The notes under the pieces were generated by a model that did not search any database, had not been told where the DNA came from, and saw only the letters and a program-made list of their open reading frames with translations. A DNA stretch of 64,000 nt from the IMG/VR virus record IMGVR_UViG_3300005613_000018, positions 35,610-99,609 of that record; one strand, written 5' to 3'. Position 1 is the stretch's first letter, and the number at the start of each line of letters is the position of its first letter. The DNA is from a virus. The position numbers and the translations under genes are program-made. This document shows positions 17,920 to 25,170 of the stretch, one piece after another.

Positions 17920-18537
17920 ATGAATAACTTTTACACTTACGCTTTTTTGCGTGAGGATGGTTCTCCTTACTACATTGGCAAAGGTAGTGGATGTAGAGCT
18001 ACAAAAAAGAGATATGTGGGTGCAAAACGACCCAAAGATAAGAGCAGGATTATTATACTCAAAAACAACTTATCAGAGGAAGACGCATTTAAGCATGAAA
18101 TTTATATGATCAACATATATGGTCGTAAGAACAATCATACGGGCATTCTTCATAACTTCACAGACGGAGGTGAGGGATGTAGTGGTATGAAACACACCGA
18201 AGAGTTCAAGAGAATTAGAAGTGAAAAATATACAGGAAAAAAGAGACAACCTCACACAGAGGAGACTAAACAAAAGTTGAGGATTTCTCGCTCCAATCAA
18301 ACTGACCCCCGATTAGGTACAACACACACAGAGGAGACAAAGAAGAGACTGAGTGAACTTAAATGCAAATATGTGTATGAGTTGACATCACCTAAAGGGC
18401 GGAAATATGTTGCCAATAGTTCTAATTTATTCTGTAAAGAATACCCTGACTTAGAGTTAAATCCCGTTTGTATTCGTCGTGCCTCAACATCATCAAACAT
18501 GTATAAGGGTTGGTATATCATAAGACGAGAGAGATAG
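17920..18537 (+). CDS. GIY-YIG-type homing endonuclease with NUMOD3 repeats
   Basis: FYTYAFLRED..PYYIGKG...R, HE..MI..YGR, N.TDGGEG and three HTEE motifs; ATG 17920 follows a late promoter. Confidence 0.8.
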   Translation: MNNFYTYAFLREDGSPYYIGKGSGCRATKKRYVGAKRPKDKSRIIILKNNLSEEDAFKHEIYMINIYGRKNNHTGILHNFTDGGEGCSGMKHTEEFKRIRSEKYTGKKRQPHTEETKQKLRISRSNQTDPRLGTTHTEETKKRLSELKCKYVYELTSPKGRKYVANSSNLFCKEYPDLELNPVCIRRASTSSNMYKGWYIIRRER

Positions 18538-18571
18538 AGTTAGTAACCTCTAAAGTTCTTCTATAGTGTAA
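18536..18571 (+). repeat. Cassette repeat copy 14
   Basis: agagttagtaacctctaaagttcttctatagtgtaa. Confidence 0.9.
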
Positions 18572-18585
18572 TCAGTTATGCACTC

Positions 18586-18852
18586 ATGATTGAATCTAAC
18601 CTCTCCAAAATCAAACCTTGCTTAAGAACAACTGGCCAAGTAACTGGCAATTGGGGAAGACCAAAAGTTAGGACTCATGGTAACACTGACTTAGGATTTA
18701 CCACTAAAGAGAACATTACTATGACAACACAAGATGATTATTTGAAGAGAATGTATCAGGCTTTTGATAGAACTGATGACCCTAAAATGAAGAAATTCAT
18801 TTATAATGAGATCCGAAAGATTATGGTTCAAAGAGGATTGTGGAATGACTGA
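18586..18852 (+). CDS. Hypothetical cyanophage protein
   Basis: ORF after repeat copy 14. Confidence 0.7.
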   Translation: MIESNLSKIKPCLRTTGQVTGNWGRPKVRTHGNTDLGFTTKENITMTTQDDYLKRMYQAFDRTDDPKMKKFIYNEIRKIMVQRGLWND

Positions 18853-18853
18853 T

Positions 18854-19675
18854 TTAAGGTAAAAGAGAGGAAGGTTTTCTTCCTCTTCTTCCACATTTTG
18901 TTCCTTGTAATCTTGCAGCTTTTTTGGCTGTTTCTGAATTAAATCCACATTTTGATGGTGTCCAATTTGATGGAACTTCATTTCTCCACAGATACCAACC
19001 TTTACAACTATGTTTGTTATCATCTGGTGAATTTATAGAAAGGTGGATATTACCATTTGATGTCCTTTGACCTGATATAAACTCAGCACAATCAGCCTGA
19101 GTTGGCCATTCACCACGTTCACCATTTTTATGTAATCCGTATATTTTACCTCTTCTATTCACTCTTGATTTTTTATCAACTAAGTTCTCATTTTTCCAAC
19201 TCCATCTATATCCACCAGCTTGAAATGTAGTTCCTTTAATGCACGCAGTAATTGATGATTTCATCACACCTAATTCTTTTGATGCTATTCCTCTACTATC
19301 ATAATCACGAATATGTTCTCCCTCTAATGTATAACAACTGATAGGTTTAATGTTACTATTAGAGAGGTTATAAAGGTCTCTTAATACACCACTACCACCT
19401 AATGTTGAGTTGTATCCATTGTGATAACTATCTAACTTTTCTATCCAGTATTTCTCTCTCTCACTTACAACATCTTCATTACAGGTTTCTATTACATAGA
19501 AGGTAAAATTATCAACTCCTTCCTCACATATTGCATTACAGATGTCCATATTATTATAAGGTGATGTAGCGTTGTAGATGTGTTCTTTCCACCTAATATG
19601 AGGGTCTTTCTTTCTCGTTAGACCGACATATTTCCTATTGGTTTCTTTATGCTGAATGACATAGATTGAAGCCAT
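18854..19675 (-). CDS. GIY-YIG homing endonuclease with NUMOD1-like domain
   Basis: SIYVI...KYVGLT...RWKEH, EREKYWI...NGYNSTLGG; C-terminal YDSRGIASKELG...GGYRW. Confidence 0.85.
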   Translation of the reverse strand: MASIYVIQHKETNRKYVGLTRKKDPHIRWKEHIYNATSPYNNMDICNAICEEGVDNFTFYVIETCNEDVVSEREKYWIEKLDSYHNGYNSTLGGSGVLRDLYNLSNSNIKPISCYTLEGEHIRDYDSRGIASKELGVMKSSITACIKGTTFQAGGYRWSWKNENLVDKKSRVNRRGKIYGLHKNGERGEWPTQADCAEFISGQRTSNGNIHLSINSPDDNKHSCKGWYLWRNEVPSNWTPSKCGFNSETAKKAARLQGTKCGRRGRKPSSLLP

Positions 19676-19696
19676 TGGATAATACTCAATTAGATT

Positions 19697-19704
19697 TATT
19701 TATA
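19697..19704 (-). promoter_or_regulatory. T4-type late promoter TATAAATA for the minus-strand endonuclease
   Basis: tatttata on + strand, 21 nt upstream of the ATG at 19675. Confidence 0.7.
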
Positions 19705-19768
19705 TAGGGTAAGTGTTAAAAATAGACCCCTAATTGATTAAAGAAAGGTAAAGTTCTATTTTATACAT

Positions 19769-19789
19769 TGTGGAAAAACCTGTGGAAAA
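19769..19789 (-). promoter_or_regulatory. Two tandem DnaA-box matches (TTTTCCACA)
   Basis: tgtggaaaa at 19769-77 and 19781-89. Confidence 0.55.
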
Positions 19790-19803
19790 CTATGTTAATG
19801 AAG

Positions 19804-19905
19804 GAGTTAATCTTCTCTTTTATCTTATAAACCTCTGAGTTAATGTTCTCTTTTATCTTATAAACCTTCGAGTTAATGTTCTGGAAACTCTTATAAACCT
19901 TCGAG
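19804..19905 (+). repeat. Three 33-bp tandem repeats (GAGTTAATSTTCT...TCTTATAAACCT)
   Basis: Units start at 19804, 19837 and 19870. Confidence 0.9.
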
Positions 19906-20250
19906 GCCTTGTGATCTAAGATGTTCTAACATAAGGAGAACGATTTGTCAACCCCCAGACTCTGAAATCCTCACAATCCCCCCTCTCAAAGTGTCATAAA
20001 GACACACAGATTTCTTATGATTCTAAGCACTAAAAAAACCAATTAAGGGTGAGTTTTTTATAACTCCTTGGCAACCCTTTGATATTCAGTTGTCTGCTAT
20101 TTGTCGATCCTTGAGTGTTAACCAGTTTATGTGGAGTTTGTGTCTGACCATTGACCCCGTAGGATGGTTCAGTGTTATAAACTCAACGACCAGTTATTGA
20201 ACACAGTGGAACAAATAACTCAACTATTTATAACAAACTCATTTTGAATT

Positions 20251-20285
20251 AAAGTTAGTAACCTCCAAAGTTCCCTTATAGTGTA
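20251..20285 (+). repeat. Cassette repeat copy 15
   Basis: aaagttagtaacctccaaagttcccttatagtgta. Confidence 0.9.
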
Positions 20286-20301
20286 GGACATCAATCACCA
20301 A

Positions 20302-20556
20302 ATGACAACCACTTTCCAAACCAATCTTACCGACACCAGCTACAACGGTTGGACGAATTATGAGACTTGGAATGTAGCCCTTTGGATCAACAATGACGAG
20401 GGTTTGTATCACTTGGCTCAGGAAGCAGGTAGTTATGAAGATTTCGTAGATTACCTGGAAGCATGTTCTTTCAACAAATTATCTACGAAAGATGGTGTTA
20501 ACTACCGTGATCCTAAAGTTAACACTCTCGAACTGAATGAAGACCTCTTTGATTGA
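20302..20556 (+). CDS. Hypothetical phage protein (YNGWTNYETWNVALW family)
   Basis: ORF after repeat copy 15. Confidence 0.75.
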   Translation: MTTTFQTNLTDTSYNGWTNYETWNVALWINNDEGLYHLAQEAGSYEDFVDYLEACSFNKLSTKDGVNYRDPKVNTLELNEDLFD

Positions 20557-20600
20557 CACTTACTCTCAAGACAGTTAATCACACTTTTTCTCCTTATTTC

Positions 20601-20717
20601 ATGACTTCCTATCAACAACTCCTACAGTCCATTGATGAGATTCAGGCAAGTGGCAAGAAAGTAACAGTGAAGGTTCTTCCTTCAGCTACACGTCGGAAAC
20701 GTAAATCGATGATCTGA
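20601..20717 (+). CDS. Small hypothetical protein (38 aa)
   Basis: Manually translated MTSYQQLLQSIDEIQ... Confidence 0.5.
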   Translation: MTSYQQLLQSIDEIQASGKKVTVKVLPSATRRKRKSMI

Positions 20718-20788
20718 TCACACTTACATCTTGACCTGATGATGTCATTAAACTCATCAACAGTTCCATACACTTTTCTCTTTTGATT

Positions 20789-20923
20789 ATGTCCAAGTCC
20801 ATCATGATCTCTCTGCTTCGTAAGGGTCACACTGGTAACGAAATCCTTGAGATTCTTGAAGCTATTGTCTCTGAAGATATGAGTCAGGTGAATGAGCCTA
20901 CTCTGGAGGAATTGGAGTTCTGA
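20789..20923 (+). CDS. Small hypothetical protein (44 aa, MSKSIMISLLRKG...)
   Basis: Manually translated. Confidence 0.55.
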   Translation: MSKSIMISLLRKGHTGNEILEILEAIVSEDMSQVNEPTLEELEF

Positions 20924-20947
20924 TATACACATAAGGGGGGACAGTAG

Positions 20948-20976
20948 TTGACACTCTTCTCCCCTTATAGTAGAAT
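20948..20976 (+). promoter_or_regulatory. sigma70-type promoter TTGACA-17-TAGAAT upstream of a structured non-coding region
   Basis: Canonical boxes; -35 lies within an ataagggg/ccccttat inverted repeat. Confidence 0.65.
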
Positions 20977-21319
20977 GACAGTATAATCGAATCGACAGGC
21001 TTATGGGGGTTTGTGTGTAACCCCGTGGATCGTGTAACGTGATATAAGTATAAGGGTTTAAGGTATAATGGCCTGTAGGGGTTCTGAGTGGGGTCTGAAA
21101 GGGTTATAATATATGACCCCCCCGAATAAAAATCGCTAACTTCCCTAACCTACAGAGGTGACAAAAACCGCGCGTTATTTTCCGCTCAATAAAAAATTCC
21201 CCCAGGATTTTTTGAACCTCTCAGACCTTTTTCATAAAAAATTTCCCCCGGCAAAATCCCCCTTTCAGAGAATATGTGAGTCATATATAAAGTGAAATTC
21301 ATTCAAAAAATTTTTAGAA

Positions 21320-21952
21320 ATGATTAAGTATCGAATGTATGAAAGAGAATTGACAGGAGGTGGTGTCTGGCAAGATCATGATTGTGTTGATAATTTTGAA
21401 GAATATAATATAAATTTGGACAAGTATGGTCTTGGTAGAACATCGAGTAATGAGACATCACCTCATAATTATATTCATGTATTTGCTACTCATGAATATG
21501 TAAAGACATTAGAACAACATGTATTAGATTTTTTCGATATATCTGTCAACTTTCCTGTCACGTTCTTCACAAGAAAGGTTCCATTTACCTCAGATTTTAG
21601 ATGTGGATTTAGTTTTGATACTTATGAGACATTTAATTCAACATATTATGATCAGGCTATAATGACACGTAACATGTTAAATGGATTATATGAGAGTATA
21701 AACTTATCAGGGGATTTTACAAGTACTGGTGACTTTATTGATGATTCAATTCATATTGAAATCAATCCCATACAAACTCAGGAAACTTACAACAGAATTA
21801 AACAAATAATTACTGATACATATGGAGTCAGTAATTTTGTATATCCTGACAGTGTGTTTGCCAATGGACTTCCAGTTTACTTCCATTTCAAGATAAAATA
21901 TGGAACAGATGGATTAGTCATTAAATTTTATAATTTAGATAAGAATGTATAA
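21320..21952 (+). CDS. Hypothetical protein
   Basis: 210-aa ORF, no motif recognised. Confidence 0.7.
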   Translation: MIKYRMYERELTGGGVWQDHDCVDNFEEYNINLDKYGLGRTSSNETSPHNYIHVFATHEYVKTLEQHVLDFFDISVNFPVTFFTRKVPFTSDFRCGFSFDTYETFNSTYYDQAIMTRNMLNGLYESINLSGDFTSTGDFIDDSIHIEINPIQTQETYNRIKQIITDTYGVSNFVYPDSVFANGLPVYFHFKIKYGTDGLVIKFYNLDKNV

Positions 21953-21972
21953 GTTTCTCAGAGAAATGGTTC

Positions 21973-22001
21973 TTGACAGGAGAGATAAATCTAAGTAGAA
22001 T
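21973..22001 (+). promoter_or_regulatory. sigma70-type promoter TTGACA-17-TAGAAT
   Basis: Upstream of 22031. Confidence 0.7.
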
Positions 22002-22030
22002 GAAGTGATGATTGGAGTGTTTATCAGAGG

Positions 22031-23155
22031 ATGATTTTATCACCAGATGATGCAAGATATGTTGCAAAGAAATTTAAAGAATATTATCTCAAATTTGAAA
22101 GTATTTCTGATTATCAATTAGAATGTCTGAAGTATCGAAACTTTGAGAATTCATTGTTTAGTGATAATGATTATGTCTTTGATAATTTTGACATGAGCCC
22201 TGAAGATATGAACTTCAAGATTCATAGTATTGATACAATGGAACAGGGAAAAGAAAAGTATCATTTACTTTTCAGTAATCTTCTTGAGCTCACTGGAAGT
22301 AATCAGATTGAGAGAAGTATTCCAGGAAGAAAGTTAAGGTGGTTAATTGAAGAAACGAATACAGGAAAGTATGTCGGAATGATCCGAATGGGTTCACCGA
22401 CCACTTATTCAAAACCACGTAATGATCTATTAGGTGAAGTTGTAGATCTGAAGAACTTAAATCATAGAATGGTGATGGGATTTAATATTGTTCCGACACA
22501 ACCATTTGGGTACAATTATCTCGGTGGCAAGTTGCTCTCGTTACTCTGTTGTTCACATGAGATGAAGAGACAGTTTGATGAAAAGTATCAGACTGATCTA
22601 GCCTTCTTTGAGACCACATCTCTCTATGGAAGTAGTAAATCATCATCACAGTATGATGGGTTAAAACCTTATATCAAATACATTGGTCTCAGTGTAAGTG
22701 ATTTAGTACCCTTAATTCAGGGCGAACTCTATGATGAGTTATGTGATTATTTCAAAGTTCGAAATCATAACAAACATCTTGTCCCATTGACTGCATCATC
22801 TCGTAAGAGAAAGATGCAAACTAAATGGGTATCTGAAGTGAAAAAGAGTCTCAAGGAGTTTCCTGATGAAAAGGAAGACTTTATGAAAACAATTGATTAT
22901 GCAAAAAATCTGACAGAACGAAAGAGAACTTTTAGTTGTAATTATGGATTTATGAATTCAAAAGAAGTTATTATAGGTAAGGAAGATAAACTGATTCCAA
23001 ATCCTGAAAACTATCATAAGTTTGAATTGAATAATCTCATTGAGTATTGGCGTAAAAAGGCCACAAAACGATATGAGAAACTGAAAAAAGAAGGTCGATT
23101 GAGAACTGAAATTGAGACATGGACATCTCAAAAATCAATTGATATGATCCGTTAA
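22031..23155 (+). CDS. DUF4338 / DruA-like domain protein
   Basis: PGRKLRW, PTQPFGYNYLGGKLL and FETTSLYG...SQY motifs. Confidence 0.65.
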   Translation: MILSPDDARYVAKKFKEYYLKFESISDYQLECLKYRNFENSLFSDNDYVFDNFDMSPEDMNFKIHSIDTMEQGKEKYHLLFSNLLELTGSNQIERSIPGRKLRWLIEETNTGKYVGMIRMGSPTTYSKPRNDLLGEVVDLKNLNHRMVMGFNIVPTQPFGYNYLGGKLLSLLCCSHEMKRQFDEKYQTDLAFFETTSLYGSSKSSSQYDGLKPYIKYIGLSVSDLVPLIQGELYDELCDYFKVRNHNKHLVPLTASSRKRKMQTKWVSEVKKSLKEFPDEKEDFMKTIDYAKNLTERKRTFSCNYGFMNSKEVIIGKEDKLIPNPENYHKFELNNLIEYWRKKATKRYEKLKKEGRLRTEIETWTSQKSIDMIR

Positions 23156-23191
23156 TGAAAACTATATAATCAAGAGTCTTAAGAAAATTAT

Positions 23192-23353
23192 ATGAAAGAA
23201 TTAAGATATCATATCTATGTGAACAATAAATGTGTATCACATAATCTCGATGAAGAGAGTTTCATAGGTCTTTTTGAATATTACAATCATGTATCAAATC
23301 ATGTAACGTATGAAGTTGTGGAAGTTTCACAATATCAAGAGGCAAGTTACTAG
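23192..23353 (+). CDS. Small hypothetical protein (53 aa)
   Basis: Manually translated MKELRYHIY...EASY*. Confidence 0.55.
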   Translation: MKELRYHIYVNNKCVSHNLDEESFIGLFEYYNHVSNHVTYEVVEVSQYQEASY

Positions 23354-23379
23354 ACAAAGACTAAATATCCAAGTATAAT
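23351..23379 (+). promoter_or_regulatory. sigma70-type promoter TAGACA-17-TATAAT
   Basis: Upstream of 23408. Confidence 0.65.
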
Positions 23380-23407
23380 GAAATTTGAAATGGAGTGACT
23401 CTAATTC

Positions 23408-24217
23408 ATGGCTAAAGGATTTACCGTAAAAGCATCAGCACCAAAGAAACAAGAAAAAACTGAACTTTGGGATTATGATGCAATCAAACAACGAATGAAA
23501 GGAAAGGCAATTGTATTCTGTCTTCCTGGACGTGGTGTATCATATATGTTTTTGAAGAATTTTGTACAACTTTGTTTTGATCTTGTACAAAATGGAATGA
23601 GTATTCAAATTAGCCAAGATTATTCTTCTATGGTTAATTTTGCTCGTTGTAAAGTTCTTGGAGCGAATGTTCTTCGAGGACCTGATCAAATTCCTTGGGA
23701 TGGTAAGCTTCATTATGATTACCAACTTTGGATTGATAGTGATATCATCTTTGATAGTAATAAGTTTTGGCAGTTATGTGATCTTGCACTTCCAGCTGAA
23801 GCAATTGATGAAGATGGTAATGAAATTGAAGGAGCTGATAATCCAATCAGTGCTGGATGGTATAGTACAGAAGATGGACGTACCACATCCGTTGCACATT
23901 GGTTGGATGAAGATGACTTCCGTAACAATGGTGGAGTCATGAATCATGAAATGGTTGATGGTATTACCAAACGTAAGAAACCCTTTATGGTAGACTATAC
24001 TGGTTTCGGTTGGGTTATGATTCGTAACGGTGTCTTTGAGAATGAGAAGATGAAGTATCCTTGGTTTGCTCCCAAGATGCAAGTCTTTGAATCTGGAGCT
24101 GTTCAAGATATGTGTGGTGAAGATGTTTCATTCTGTCTCGATGCAATTGAGGCTGGTTATGAAATCTGGTGTGATCCACGTATTCGTGTAGGACATGAAA
24201 AGACAAGGATTATCTAA
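23408..24217 (+). CDS. Glycosyltransferase-like (GT-A fold) protein
   Basis: LWIDSDI (DxD), TGFGWVMI, GEDVSFC and VGHEK motifs. Confidence 0.75.
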   Translation: MAKGFTVKASAPKKQEKTELWDYDAIKQRMKGKAIVFCLPGRGVSYMFLKNFVQLCFDLVQNGMSIQISQDYSSMVNFARCKVLGANVLRGPDQIPWDGKLHYDYQLWIDSDIIFDSNKFWQLCDLALPAEAIDEDGNEIEGADNPISAGWYSTEDGRTTSVAHWLDEDDFRNNGGVMNHEMVDGITKRKKPFMVDYTGFGWVMIRNGVFENEKMKYPWFAPKMQVFESGAVQDMCGEDVSFCLDAIEAGYEIWCDPRIRVGHEKTRII

Positions 24218-24333
24218 TGTTCGGTAAAAGAAAAAAATCAAAAGTGAATTGGAGTTCGGGAGACAAAAGAAAAAGAAAAGGAGGATCTCGAACCTCTTCT
24301 CAAAAATCAACTTCTAGAAAACGTCGAAAGTAA
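24217..24333 (+). CDS. Tiny highly basic protein (38 aa)
   Basis: MFGKRKKSKVNWSSGDKRKRKGGSRTSSQKSTSRKRRK; TAATG coupling. Confidence 0.5.
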   Translation: MFGKRKKSKVNWSSGDKRKRKGGSRTSSQKSTSRKRRK

Positions 24334-24341
24334 AATTAATT

Positions 24342-24488
24342 ATGGCAAAATTCAAAAAATCTCTGATGGGTTCGGCATTCATTGAACCTCAACCAAAGAA
24401 AACTCGTCAAGGATCTGGCAAACATACAAAGTGTGCAGCATCTAGTCGAAATGGAAAACCAAAGCGTTATAGGGGTCAAGGACGATAA
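24342..24488 (+). CDS. Small basic cyanophage protein (48 aa, ...KKTRQG...KRYRGQGR)
   Basis: Manually translated; followed by a terminator. Confidence 0.7.
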   Translation: MAKFKKSLMGSAFIEPQPKKTRQGSGKHTKCAASSRNGKPKRYRGQGR

Positions 24489-24498
24489 GTTATATTTC

Positions 24499-24524
24499 AA
24501 CCAGGTTTTTAACCTGGTTTTTTA
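24499..24524 (+). terminator. Rho-independent terminator
   Basis: aaccaggtt-ttt-aacctggtt followed by a T-run. Confidence 0.7.
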
Positions 24525-24571
24525 TTGCCAGACCTTATACATAAAGCATAGTGATTATCATTAGGAGACTT

Positions 24572-24733
24572 ATGGAAAAAGAATTTCTTAGGGAGATTAG
24601 TAATGATGATCGAACACCAAAAAGAAAAAAATCTCAACTTGATGAAGATGGGTTTTTTTTGTCAGACGATTGTTCTAGTCCTGATCATAAGTGTACTTGT
24701 AATTCTAAACAAGTAGTCATAACTGAATTTTAG
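24572..24733 (+). CDS. Small hypothetical protein (MEKEFLREI...)
   Basis: AGGAG RBS before ATG 24572. Confidence 0.55.
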   Translation: MEKEFLREISNDDRTPKRKKSQLDEDGFFLSDDCSSPDHKCTCNSKQVVITEF

Positions 24734-24768
24734 TCTAATAAATAAATCAGGTTTGTTGCAACTAGTCA

Positions 24769-25170
24769 GTGCCTCTTGAACGTGTCAGTAAAGGTTTTAA
24801 AGACATCAGTGCTACTTTTCAGATCAGTCCAATCAACTCTGATCTGATTTCACTGAAGAACGCTAACGCCATCGCAAGATCAGTTCGTAATCTTGTATTT
24901 ACACAACCCGGTGATAAACCTTTCCAACCCACAGTTGGTTCAAGAGTATCTGAATTATTATTTGAGAATTTTGATAAATTAACTGCCACTTCAATTCGAA
25001 GTGAAATTGAAAATACAATCAATGAGTATGAACCTCGGGTCAAATTGAATGAAGTCATAGTAGAACCAGACTTCGATAGTTATGAGTTTAATGTGACTAT
25101 AAAATATTTCATTGTAGGTATTGATGTACCAGTTCAACAACTCACATTCATCTTGGAACCCACTAGGTAA
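24769..25170 (+). CDS. gp25: Baseplate wedge subunit gp25
   Basis: FKDIS...AIARSVRNLV.T.PG.KPF.P..GS...LLFE...YEPRV; precedes gp6. Confidence 0.92.
   Translation: MPLERVSKGFKDISATFQISPINSDLISLKNANAIARSVRNLVFTQPGDKPFQPTVGSRVSELLFENFDKLTATSIRSEIENTINEYEPRVKLNEVIVEPDFDSYEFNVTIKYFIVGIDVPVQQLTFILEPTR

Larger units (their letters stand above)
5045..20285 (+). repeat. Dispersed array of 15 co-oriented ~35-40 bp repeats delimiting gene cassettes
   Basis: Copies start at 5045, 9451, 12827, 13241, 14175, 14665, 15125, 15451, 16028, 16264, 16741, 16973, 17400, 18536, 20251. Confidence 0.92.

Noticed and set aside
12827-18571. Repeats as canonical integron attC sites
   Set aside because: No RYYYAAC...GTTRRRY ends or long imperfect inverted repeat, and no tyrosine integrase in the window; the analogy is architectural only.
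20164-20247. 27-aa ORF ending 3 nt before repeat copy 15
   Set aside because: Fits the stop-abutting pattern but is too short and unsupported to call a gene.
5045-20285. Repeat array as a CRISPR array
   Set aside because: Intervals are hundreds to thousands of bp and encode genes; no cas genes are present.
20736-20753. CTGATGA as a hammerhead ribozyme core
   Set aside because: The required GAAA after stem II is missing (TAAAC instead) and flanking stems are not evident.
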